Positions 51,056-63,206 of a stretch of 64,000 nucleotides of DNA are shown here, one piece after another; position 1 is the stretch's first letter, and the number at the start of each line of letters is the position of its first letter. The translations under genes were made by a program, and so were the position numbers. Below the pieces are notes generated by a model. That model was not told the DNA's origin. It worked only from the letters and a program-made list of their open reading frames with translations, and ran no database searches. The DNA comes from Paragordius varius. Taxonomy: Eukaryota; Animalia; Nematomorpha. The stretch is from assembly GCA_964247055.1 (NCBI GenBank), contig OZ176057.1:1550001-1614000 (forward strand). Direction: 5' to 3'.

Positions 51056-51240
51056 GGGTTTGCCAAAATTAAAAGGGTCAGCTTTTAATTCTTTTTCACA
51101 ATCGATTTTTTTTACATTTTCGCATGCATTATAAAGATTTATTTAACCACCATATAAACCAGACACCTTCTATCGCGGTTAGAGAAACTATTTTTTTCCA
51201 TCGATATTAAATTATCAATCCCATTTAGAATTCGTATTTT
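51056..51240 (-). pseudogene. Decayed third copy of exon 2 of the orphan gene
   Basis: GGTTTGCCAAAATT..GTCAGCTTTT..ACAATCGATT..AAACTATTTT..CATCGATA..AAATTATCAATCCCATT matches 49800-49998 with deletions and a lost acceptor. Confidence 0.7.
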
Positions 51241-52069
51241 AAATCAATAATTAGTTGATAATTAATTGTATGAAACAAAAATGTTGTTCTAAATATGTAT
51301 GTCTGAAGCTAAATTATCGATTTATAGCTTTTTTTGTAGTTAAATGAGCGCCAATTTGCTCCAGTGTAACTTAGGGATAAAAATTGCTGTAATATGGAGT
51401 TTGTGCTCTGAGTTAGATATTCTGCCAAGCGCACCTGGCAACGCCAGCGCTTTCTTTTATCTTTCACTTTACCTGTCATTGTATGTTATTTAAGTTTGAG
51501 CCCTAAAAGTATGTTCAAAGAAGGCTATTTTTAATTTCAGAGCTATTGTGAAATTTATTCCAGAACTATTAATTGATTTTTTTGTCTCACCATATTATTT
51601 GTAAAGCTTTCGCCAGCATTTTTAAATGCGTTTATCAAGTCACTTTTTTATGGTCCAACTTTCACCTCCACCTATCATTGCGGGGAGGATTAAAGAGTAA
51701 CCTTATTTCAAGAGCTTTTATGTTTGACCCATTTGCAGTTTATAATCAGATACATCAATAAATTTAATTAATCATAAGGGGCCACAAAATGTACTTTTAG
51801 GGCGCCATGCGGCCCGTCGATTTATCTGTTACAAAGTATTTAAGGACTAGGTGTCCCGTGACTATAAATTAAAAACCATTTGATGTGTTAAAGGTAACCC
51901 CTGTCTATAATATAAAATTTCTTTTAAAATTTGACCAAATATTAGTTTATGATTGACTTAAACATCAATTTCCTGTATGAAATAAACATAAATTAAATTG
52001 GTTTTTCTAATTTATTTTTATTATATATAAATATATTGTATAAGGGTGCTGTAATGCGTGATCACAAAA

Positions 52070-52663
52070 TTAAAAACTAATCTTTTTATATATAGATATC
52101 TCACAGTCATTCGTGCATAAGAGTCGCCGTGTTTCAGCCTAAAAATATAAATAATATATAATTTTGTAAGAAATGTATTAAATATGATAAATTAAATTAC
52201 ACATTATATTACATTTAAATCTGGATGGCACATAATTTCTCTAATGGGGACAGATGTACGCTTTTCTGTAAAACGTACCGTTTGTACAGGTTTGCCAAAA
52301 TTAACCAAAGAGTCAGCTTTTATAACAGGCTTAATCTTTTTCGCAATCGATTCTTTTTTAAATTTTTGCAATCTTTGCTTCAAAGATTTTCTTAATCGCC
52401 GCATAAACCAAACAAAGTTTTGATGGCGGTTACAAAAAACTATTTTTCGCCAACGATACCAAATTATCAACCCCATTAAAAATTCGCCTTTAAAGTAAAA
52501 TTTACAAAAATTAGTTTAGTAATTACATAAAAAGGGTTAATATATGTCGCAACCAAGTCAGTCAAGTCCTCGTAAAAATAAATAAATGAAGTATTGTTTG
52601 TTAAGTACCTGATTTTCCGAATTTCAACAAAAAGTCTTCAATGCTCAAAGGCTTAAATGTCAT
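52070..52663 (-). CDS. Orphan 3-exon gene copy B, 132 aa
   Basis: Exons 52663-52609, 52487-52213, 52138-52070; introns 121 and 74 nt. Protein MTFKPLSIEDFLLKFGKSGEFLMGLIIWYRWRK...HPDLNAETRRLLCTNDCEISIYKKISF*. Confidence 0.7.
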
Positions 52664-53213
52664 TTTACGTTATATAATTTAGAATTTTAGAATAACCTGT
52701 TCTATAGTATATCATGTGACATGTCATGAGACTTCTTGTATATTTTAGATAAGCCAATTTTTTGGACCGATGATGGGCTTTCTGCAATTAAATTGGAGGT
52801 CAGGCGCCATATAAAAGTAAATACAAGCCAAAAAATATAAAATCCGGTATTGAGGCACGAATCCTCTAGGCATGAGACGCCACCCGCCGTAGGTAAAATT
52901 TATTTTTTTAAGCAAATTTTCTAGACAAATCTTCCCAAATTTCGGCAATGAACGAGCAAAAAATGTTGAATTTAATAGTAGTTTATACAATCCTATTTAT
53001 AACTAAAAATCATATGTTGATGCCCATAATTTTTCTTGTGAGGGTTGTCGTTTTGATTCAAAATTTTCGAAGCCATTTTTCTTGGAAACTCCTGCTTTTA
53101 AGCTACAATTTTAAAGGCTAATTTACCATATGTTTATAATATAAAAAAATCCAAGTCAGCCAGCTTAAAATTGGATTTATGTCAAACATCCGTCCTAAAT
53201 TATGACCGATTAA

Positions 53214-53783
53214 CACTTGGATACAAGACATTTATTTTAGTCCTACGATTCAAATTGGGGTAGTTAAATACCCCAGGCCTGTTTAAAATTAAATTGTTTA
53301 AAAAATATGGGAGCAATCGAAACCATGGCAAATTTTGCACTTATGTAACATTAATAAACTGAAATATATAAAAAAATTTATTCAAAAATACTTGATATTA
53401 CTCATATTAAGCTAAAAGCGAAATATAAAAATTTAGCAAACGCGACATGTGTGCAATGGTAAAAATGAAAAATAATACAAAATAAACCGCTTTTTCTATT
53501 TCTATTAATGTTAGATCTAATTTAAATTAAAAATTAGCTTTAATTTTACCCTTAAAATAAAAAGAAGACGATGCAAAGATTTTGTAAAATAGAAATGGCG
53601 TCGAAGTAGTTTGCATGGAACTTTTTTCTTCAAAACAAAATTTTATTTAGATATTTTGGCATATTTATATATTTTTTTAGGATAGAAGCATAAATTTAAA
53701 ATGAGCCGTTTCCTTTATTAATTTTTTTAAAATCCTATCAAATTTAGTCTGGGGTATTTAGATCCCCAAATTGAATCGAAGTG
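53214..53783 (+). mobile_element. MITE family B copy
   Basis: TTAA on both sides. Confidence 0.9.
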
Positions 53784-56327
53784 TTAAACATATAAAAAAT
53801 CATTAAGTTAAGCAATCATGATTTTGTATATTTACTAATTTTCTGAAATATAGTTTGATTTCTAATTGGCTCGTCCAAACTTATTAAAACATGTTAGGGT
53901 GTAACACACGGATAAATTTTATTTTAATATCTGCAAAAAAATATATTGATAAAAATATGCACACCACATATATTAGACATGTGTTAATATAATGGTAATC
54001 AATTATGAATCTTTATAATCTTACTCTATATCACTTATTTAAGGGGTACATTTGTATATAAAGATGTTTTCTAAAATTTCTATAATTTTAAAAGGTTAAA
54101 AATGAGCAATAGCTTTAGCTTATTAACTTTTATTTTAATATCTAATCCATCCATATAAACGATTCTATTTAATTTAATTTTTATTTTCTTATATTATATA
54201 TATATTTTTCTTAACTAATCTCCTGATGATGCCTAGGGCGAAAATTTAAAATTAATAAATTATATTTTTATTTTTGCGTTATTTTACGACGATTCTAACA
54301 TAATTTACATAAACTCTCGTCGTTACCCACTCAATGAAGCACTAAAACTGTTTTGGTTTTTAAATTTTTTTATATTGAAATTTTATGGTACAAATGATTG
54401 CTATTAAAAAAGTTCTAATCAAAAGTATGATATAGTTGGTCTTTATTTTTCAATTTCTAGTATACATTTGCTTATATGGCGCTTAGTTTCCTAATGTTTA
54501 TTCGGCCCTTGAGACATGCGTTTTTGAATACCACTATATTAACTTTATGCATTATATTCTATAAGAAAATAGATAATAAAAACTTTCTTTCTGTCGTCTT
54601 GTATTAAAATGGTTGAATGATTTTTTTACGACTTCGTTTATATCAAATATTTATATAAAAATCAAATGTAAGCTTTATTTTTATAAAATTTAATTTCATA
54701 AGCTATTTTATTTGTTTAAATATAATCTTATACTTGTATAAGATAAAAAAGCTTTCACTTTAGTAAGTTATGAAATAGGGCTGTCTATCGCGCTGACATC
54801 CGCGAATGTTATTGCAAACCCTCTAAATTGTTTAAAATCACCAAAATCAATATTTGATGCGAAAAATCTGTTTACACATGAAGTTCAATTAAATAGAAAA
54901 TTATAACATTTTAGTGTAACATTATTATCTACTATTTTAACACTTCGATTCGAATTGGGGTATTTACAAACCGTCTATATTTAAATAACATTTTAAAAAA
55001 AACCAATGAAAGAAACGTCCTAGTTTAAATTTGCACTTCTATCCTATATAAAAATATATAATAAGCCGAATATAAATAAATTTAGTTTTTTAACAAAGTT
55101 TCACATTAAACCACTTCGCCATTTTTATTATACAACATAATTGCAAGTGTTTATTTAATTTTAGCTAAAATTAAAGTTAATTTTGTTACATTGATAGAAA
55201 CAAAAATGGTAACTTATTTTACACTATTTTTAAGTTTTACTAATGCACAAAGGTTATGTTGACTAATTTTATATCTTTAGGTGTAGCTTGAAATCAGTGA
55301 TATCAAGTATTTTTAAATCCATTCTAATATTAGAGTTTATAAATAAAATTTTTCCATGTTTTAAATGTATTCAATGCTTGAAAATTTATTTTCTAAATTA
55401 AAGGACCGAAACGAATGTTAATTAGAATAATCACAATAAATTTTATATTTTGTTAGATTTGCATCATATATAGCGAATTGAAATCTTTCACGTGATCTAT
55501 TATTTTATCGATTCGACTGATTATAAAGCTTTAAAACATTCCAGTTTGATTTAATTGCAGGTAATTTATGTTTATATACAATATGGGTTATCCAAGATTT
55601 TGCACTAAATAATAAAATTGTATACATATTTTTACTAACAGTTTTTTGAAGGCATATTAATAGTATTCTTTTACAGTATTTGAAAATGGATTTAAATTTG
55701 CTAATATAAAATTTATTATGTCTATGTTTACTTAGCATAAATATAGTCAATTAAATTTTTGGTATATAAATATAGTTTGATTTTACTAATTTAATGATTT
55801 CGCTCACTCTAATGCTCCTTATTGAACTAATTATTAGAAAATATATATTAATTTAAAATTTCCTCTATTAAGAAAATTTTAATCGAAACTCAAGAACCCT
55901 ATTGGAAATCATAATTGAGGCTATAATTCAGTTTTGTTTTGATGTACCTTCTTGCAATTTTTGGCATAAAAATCAATTTATATACCTTCTTATATTAATA
56001 AAATATTTCTTAAAACTATTGATGGCCTCCGATTATTGCTATTTATAAAATTTTTTCAAAAAATTTATATACTCATTATAATTTATGCACAGCCAAAAAT
56101 AATTATTTTTGGACAATATATATAATAACTCCTCTGACCACAGTTACAAACATACGTTAAGTATAATTGGCAAATTTGGCCAACGATATTTTTATATTTT
56201 GAATATAATTTTGTTTAGCTCAATTTGCCTTAAAGACTTTTTTTTTCACCTAAACATTTCAAACTCTCACTTTTATAAGTTTGTGTTAAATTGGATTATT
56301 CGATATTTTGATATTGACATATATATA

Positions 56328-57147
56328 CCATTTTACAATTAAAATTCACCCTCGAACAATTAAAATTCACCCTTGTACAATTAAAAATCACTCCAAAAAT
56401 AAATTATGTGTTTTCGCGCTAATATACATCATTATTAACACTTCGATTCAAATTGGGGTATCTAAATACCCTAAACTAAATTTAAATTAATATTTTTAAA
56501 AACTGCTAAAGGAAACGGTCCCAATTTAAATTTATGCTTCTATCCTGATAAATATTAGATAAATATGCCAAAACTTGATAAAATTTTGTTTTGAAAAAAA
56601 AGCTCCATTTCAAACTACTTCGACGCCATTTTTATTTTACAAAATTTTTGCGAATATCGTCTTTATATATAAATTACATCTAACATTGATAGAAATAGAA
56701 AAAGCAGTTTAGTTTGTATAATTTTTCAATTTTACAATTTGACACATGTCACGTTAACGAAATTTGTTTTTAGCTTAAAATAAGTAATATCAAGTATTTT
56801 TGAAAAAATTTTTTTATATATTTCGGTGCCATGGTTTCGATTCCTTCTATATTTTTTAAAGAATTTAATTTTAAACAGGCCTGGGGTTTCCAACTACCCC
56901 AATTTGAATCGAAGGACTAAAATGAGTGTGTTGTATCCAAGTTTTAATATAATATAAAACTTCTTATGGCATAGTTTATTATTAATTTTAAACAAAATTT
57001 TATTTTTTAAAAATATAAAAAAATATAATTGTTTTTAATTTTAAAAACACATAATTTATCTTAGGGTGAATTTTAATTGTTCAAGGGCGAATTTGAATTG
57101 TTCAAGGGTAAATTTGAATTGTTCAGGGGTGTTATAATTGTAAATCG
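56328..57147. mobile_element. MITE family A copy interrupted by a family B MITE
   Basis: A-family left arm 56328-56438, B insert 56439-56943, A-family remainder to 57147. Confidence 0.88.
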
Positions 57148-57570
57148 TATATATAAATTTACCAAAAAAAGTATTAATATTAACAATGAAATAATTAAGC
57201 CAATCTCCTACTTATGGTATGAGGTGTAAATGTCATAATACAATAAAAATTTAAATGAGACGGACAAAACATAAAAATATGAAGACATATTTTTTATACA
57301 AAACACCGCGCTGTACCTTTTTAAACTCGATTTTTTGTAATATATATAATCCACTATTTTTTAAACTACAATGTATGAAATAGAGATGATTAGTAATACA
57401 ATCAAATTATTTCACAGGAATAATTAAATATTTATATAAAAAAAAATAGCGGTCTGTTGATAATTAAAATATTTATTTGTTTTTATATATATATAGATTA
57501 TTTTTGCTCTATATATAATTTTTGTTTAACAAAATTTTAAAACAGAAAAACACGCAAAACCTGAGTTTTT

Positions 57571-57747
57571 ATGTGGACCACAACAACTACTGGCAAATGG
57601 CAATTTTTGTTGATTGCAGCTGTGTTTGTGAATGTGTGCGTTTTTTCTTTCTCAGCTGATCTCGATCAGCTGACTGAAACATCCAATAATTGTGACAACA
57701 CTTGCAAAAACTTTTTAACCGGTAACTCTAATGATGAAAAACGTGTG
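57571..57747 (+). CDS. TMEM59: TMEM59-like exon 1 (signal peptide)
   Basis: MWTTTTTGKWQFLLIAAVFVNVCVFSFS; donor GTAAAA phase 0. Confidence 0.8.
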
Positions 57748-59755
57748 GTAAAAATATATTTATTTGTATGGATATAAAAATTCAATTGATTTATACTTTT
57801 GTGATTAGCTAAGTTTTTTTAACTGATTTATAATTAAATCTTTATATTTATTTTTTAATTATTATATAATTAATTAAATAAAGCAAATTTTATAGATTTT
57901 TTTACATCAATGGCAAATTAACTGATATTTTTATCCAATTAGCAATTTTAAAATTTAGGGATTATACGTGAATGACAATACAAGATTTGTTAATAATATA
58001 TTCATACATTTTCCAAATTAATTCTTGAATTAGCAATTTTGTTTATTTGTTTATATAAACCTCTATTGAAAAATAAATGTTCATTTTTTAGTTTAATAAA
58101 AAATTACAATTTTATAAGGTTTATTTCATAGGGGATAAATTTTTTAAAAACTTTATTTATCACATTTTTTTTGCAGAATGATCAATCCATATGTTTGAAA
58201 CATTGTAAAGGCGAAAATGTACCAAAAAAATCAGGAGATTGTCTTGAACGTAATAAAAAATTTTTCAGTTAAAATATATTTATAATTTTTATTTTAATCA
58301 AAATATATATTTTGCTTTTTATAATTACTTTCTTTTATATGATCTTACCATTTATAAATTATTTTTTAATTATAACCATTTTTATTTATATTTTTTTATT
58401 ATTCAAATATTTTTACAGATTGCAAAAATTTGTACGGATTAATGCATCAACGTTATGCTTGTAATAAAGGCTGTAATCATGCATTCACGGCATCAGCTGA
58501 GCCGAAACAGGTGATTTGTCAGATTTTACTATTTTGTTTGATTTAAAACATTTTTAAAATATATTAAATACTTTATTATATTTTTAATTTTTTTTCTTTA
58601 AGTGTATACTTTGGGTTTAGAAGGTTAAAAAAATTAAAAATAATTTTCAATTTTTCAACATTTTTAAATAATTTTAAAAAAAATTTTTATTTTTTATTTT
58701 TTTTAACAGAAAAATGGTTTTACTTTTCCTTTATTCAACATATTTTTTGGGGATGGAAAACCGGAATCACCAATTCAAAATCACCACGCTATGGAAAGCC
58801 AAACAGATGATTTATTTGCTGTAATTTAGTTATAATTTTTTTTTTAATATTACAAAATTTTTTATTTCTATATTTTTAGTTCAGAAATTTACATTTTTTT
58901 TTTAAATTTTTATTTTTACATTTAATTTTAATAATACATAACTTATCTTGAATCATTATTTAATAATTATATTTACATTAAATAAATTAAAATATTTCCT
59001 TTTTAATTATTATTATTTTAGCCGTTGGATTCTTTTGATTCAATCTTCAATCACATGAATCGGCAAATGGAAAACATGATGAAAAGTTTTCATTTTTTTT
59101 TCATATTTTTCAAAAAATGTTCAATAAAGTTTTATAATAAAATTACATTTTTTTTAATTTTAAATTTTTTTATATTTTTTTAAGTTTTATAATTTGACAT
59201 TTTTTTAGATATGTTTTCATTTCGACCAAGCAATATATTCACTTCAAGCGTTGCTAAAAAGGGAACACCTGATTCTCATTTGCACAAATCAGCTGATTTA
59301 TCCGATTTTGATGATAATAAGAATATGACTACTGGTATAATGAAATATTTCATTAATATTTCTAACTTTTTAAATATCTATTAAATAGATTTGAATTATC
59401 AGCTTGGTATTACGTAATTTTTATTTTTTTTTAAATATTTTTATTTATCATGGTTATTTATTAATAAAACCTTTTATACCTCATCACACCCTTGAACATT
59501 TGCAGTTATTTAATAAAGCAAAAATAGTTTTTCATTTTAAAATGACAATATTATATAATATGCCACAAAGAAATAATTTATAATTTAAGTATAAATATTG
59601 CTACAAAGTTATTAATTGTTGCCACAAATAGCAAATACAACAAAGGGGGCAGTATTATTGGCTTGTAATTATTTTTTCACTTTTTACTCTATTATGAGCC
59701 ATTAATAATTCTATTTCCTGTGCATATGCTGTTTGGTAATTAATATCTTTTTTAG

Positions 59756-59808
<53 letters not shown>

Positions 59809-61776
59809 TAATATTGTCTTTTAATAATTGATGATGAGTTTTTCGTAGCCCGAAAATACGTAGAGTATTTTTAGGGTAAATTTGAATTGTTTGAGGGCTT
59901 TGTGATTTTTTAAGGGTTATTAAATTGTTGAAGAGTGAATTTGATTTGCATTGTAAATGGTATTTATATGTTTTAATTTTTTGTAAATATTATTTTTTAT
60001 AATACAGATACTAATAAAACATCAACTTGGCGCATAAAACTATTTTTCTTTCCATCTGTTAATCACCTGTTTTCGCGGCCTCTTATACCCGATGTTTCAC
60101 AACCAATTGAAACGCATCCAAAAGTTATTCATTCGCAAAAAACAGCTGATGAAGGTTTATAAAATAAATAAATATATTCGATTAGTGATAAATTATAAGC
60201 TAAACGATATAATTTTTAAATCATGGATGATTAAAACAACAAATAATTGTTGTTGATAAAAATTTTAATTTTTTTTATTTGATTTAAAAATTACAATTAT
60301 TAAAATAATGTATATATATATATTATTTGTTTATAATTGTAATTTAATAGAGTTTTTATAAAAAAAATGTCATATAAAAAATATCCCTTTTCTTAGATTC
60401 TAAAAATCATTGGGTTCCAGTCGGTTCACCTATGCCATCTGATTTATTGATCCAGGACAAACCATCTGATTGTATATATATATATATAAAATAATTTTAT
60501 TTAGTATATAAATCATAAATTTATAATGATTTGATAAAATATTATTCATTTATTTAAAAAAATTATATATTTTGACAAAAGAATTTTTTATCATAATGTA
60601 ATTACAACTCTTTATATGTCGGTTTTGGATTAAAAAGAATTATTTTTTTTTCTATTATTTAAAGAATTCAAATATTTTTTATTTTTATATATTATTTAAA
60701 GAAATTTAAATATCAGTAAAATATTATATTAACATATTTGTAGCAGCTGATGTGTGGTGGAAAAAGGGGGATGATAATGTTAAACAAACTAGTTATGTTC
60801 CAGATTGGCTTTTAAGCGCCAGCCAACGATTCCGAACAATTTTTGGTTTTTTTGAAATGATTAATAATAATTATGTTTATTGTATAAAAAATATTTAAAG
60901 TTTTTTTTTACCTAAAATAAACTTTGTAATTTTATTAATTAACGTTATATTTTTTTGAATTTTTTGCATGTAATATAAATTTCAAAATATATTAAAGTTT
61001 TGCACAAAGAAATTGATCATAATATATATATATATAAATTTAGATTTTGTTTTTACAGTATTATTATTTTCTTGTTTTGAAACTTGACAAAATAGATAAC
61101 GTACCTTGTTGGTTCATTATAGCGAGTTGTGTTTTGCTATTTTTAATTTTGGTTACTTGGGCAACGTATCACGTGATCTTGGATCGGAAGACAGATGGCG
61201 CCAAAAATAAAAAGGTACTTTATTTGCATTTTTTACACAATTATTGTATTGGCAGTTTTAAATATTGTAAAAAAAAATCAAACTTAATTTCTTTGATTTT
61301 AATATTATTTTGAATATTATTGTAATTAAATAAATTTTTACTAATTTACATATTTATGTATTATTTTGCAACTAAAATACAATAGTTTATATTATATTAT
61401 AAAGACTCAAATACAGTATCGTATTTTTTTTAGTTAAAAAATTTGTTTTTCCATAATCATATTTTTAAATAAGATTGATGCTTTTTTTATAATTAATTGA
61501 TTGTTTGATTAATCATATAATTTTTAAAATATTTTTAAATTACTTTAAATTTTTAAGTTCTCTGATGAGTTGTGGTTTAATGGCCCCAAATCAGCTGATA
61601 GCGCTCCCATAATATATACCATGGGGCCAAAAGAATGCGAAGCCATAATGTCAGCTGTTGACGAACAGCTGATTACGAATTCTGGCACCGCGGATGACGT
61701 CATTATAACTCGTGGGGGCAATGGTGCTGCTACAACAGTTGATGAGAAGAAACCATCAGCTGTTTTGAAAGTTTGA
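57571..61776 (+). CDS. TMEM59: TMEM59-like (BSMAP family) type I membrane protein, 11 exons, 434 aa
   Basis: Exons 57571-57747, 58177-58249, 58419-58510, 58710-58820, 59022-59085, 59209-59334, 60008-60154, 60397-60471, 60744-60845, 61096-61214, 61558-61776 join in frame (1305 nt). Signal peptide; DCLEHCKNLY....RYACNKGC matches my recollection of TMEM59 ECESACTEAY....QYACHLGC; FTFPLF resembles LLFPL; single TM (WFIIASCVLLFLILVTW) and a tail ending LKV. Confidence 0.75.
58177..58510 (+). CDS. TMEM59: TMEM59-like exons 2-3 (58177-58249, 58419-58510; Cys-rich domain)
   Basis: CLKHC...DCLE|HCKNLYGLMHQRYACNKGCNHAF; phases compatible. Confidence 0.85.
58710..60845 (+). CDS. TMEM59: TMEM59-like exons 4-9 (luminal linker)
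   Basis: 58710-58820, 59022-59085, 59209-59334, 60008-60154, 60397-60471, 60744-60845; each GT-AG and phase-compatible, no stops. Confidence 0.72.
61096..61214 (+). CDS. TMEM59: TMEM59-like exon 10 (TM helix)
   Basis: Hydrophobic helix followed by RK..KNKK; phase 1-0. Confidence 0.85.
61558..61776 (+). CDS. TMEM59: TMEM59-like exon 11 (cytoplasmic tail, stop)
   Basis: FSDELWFNGPK...KKPSAVLKV*. Confidence 0.82.
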   Translation, partial: FSDELWFNGPKSADSAPIIYTMGPKECEAIMSAVDEQLITNSGTADDVIITRGGNGAATTVDEKKPSAVLKV

Positions 61777-62944
61777 AAAAATTTTTGAACACTAAAAAAT
61801 AACACCTGATTATTTTCACTTTTTAACCATATGTTAGCATAGTGGCACACATTCATAAACACATGTGACTATACATCTTTTTTATGAGATATTTCCGGTT
61901 AATGTAATAATATATATGTATATGTTAAAATCTGTAAAATTATAAAAAATTGATTAAATTTTATTCTATTTTTTCCAAAAATTAATTATATAAAGCTTTA
62001 TAATATAACTCTTATTATTCACTCATCTTTTTATTGTAAAATTATTCATATATTTAACCGAAATAAATATAAAGTACACCATAAAGTCAAAATTATGGAA
62101 AATCTTTAAATTTATTTTTTAGATATCATCGTTTTTCAAACCCTTTCTTCAATAACTTTACTCAAAAATTTATTTATAAAATAAAAAAATTAAATTTTAA
62201 ACCATTTTAAATAATCAATTTTAGTCTCCAGATTTACTATTCAATTGTTGTTACCTCAGCTCTGAAAACAATTTTTTATAAAAATGTTTGTTTTGATTAA
62301 ATATTATTTTTTTTTTCATTTTTTACGTTTGCTCATTTATTTATTTATACGTAGTGTTCTTTAATTAAATTTCACAGGAGAATATTAATAAAGAATATTT
62401 TAATTATATCAAAAATTTTTAATATTTTCATTTTATTCTAAAAATTATTTAAAATCTATAATTAATAATAATTAATGCACATTTAATTTAAAATTGGTAT
62501 TAAAGTATTATATGCTATTTTATTTATTGACAATGTTAAAGATTTATACAATAATGCATAAGTGATAAATGCTTGAAAATCAAATAACATAAAAATAATA
62601 TATTTTAAAAGGATATAAATATTATAAAAACCGTCGTAAATAATAATTATAAGGCAAAAAAGCAAGCAATTCATAATATTAAATTGTAAAAATATTTAAA
62701 ATTTGCAGTTTTTTTACAACATCATTCAAATTTTGTGAATCATTCAAAAAAAGTTAAATTTTCCCAACATTTCGATAAATATATAGCTTTTGCAAGATTT
62801 TGTTTATGGAAATCATAAAAGTCATGATACTATTATTTAAACATTCCAAAATTGTCAGAAAATCATCATAAAAATTTGCATTTTTTTTAGACAAACAAAA
62901 GCATTATAGAAGTTTTATAAAAATTATTGTGCATATTGCCGTTT

Positions 62945-63206
62945 TTATCGCGTACACACGGCACAAGCAATCTCAGCCCCATCCGGATATTTGCGACAAG
63001 GCAAAGTTCCACACTTAACTTCAACGACGACAAGGACAGCTCCATCCTTATTGTTTTTGCCTTGGCCTGGAACGAGGTTAAGACCTCCCCCAGCCCGCCC
63101 AGTAGATTGGGCTTCTTCATCTACGCAAATGTACGAAGTACGAGTTTGCTTATCTAAACTGGCCATCAGGTAACCATTGTATTCATTGGTCCACCCGTCG
63201 GGACAT
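62945..63206 (-). CDS. Last coding exon of a short-chain collagen C4-like (spongin short-chain collagen-related NC1) protein; upstream exons lie beyond window end
   Basis: CPDGWTNEYNGYLM...YICVD...VEVKCGTLPC..Y..G.EIACAVCTR* is the recognisable C-terminal motif series of this family; acceptor TTTAG at 63207-63208, phase 2. Confidence 0.8.

Noticed and set aside
54223-54243. Hammerhead-ribozyme-like core CTGATGA-TGCCTAGGGC-GAAA
   Set aside because: Stem II register is off by one and no stem I partner is present; at best a dead Penelope-type relic.
61545-61862. 105-aa minus-strand ORF (also 25611-25883, 32044-32235, 62927-63173)
   Set aside because: Antisense shadows of real coding exons.
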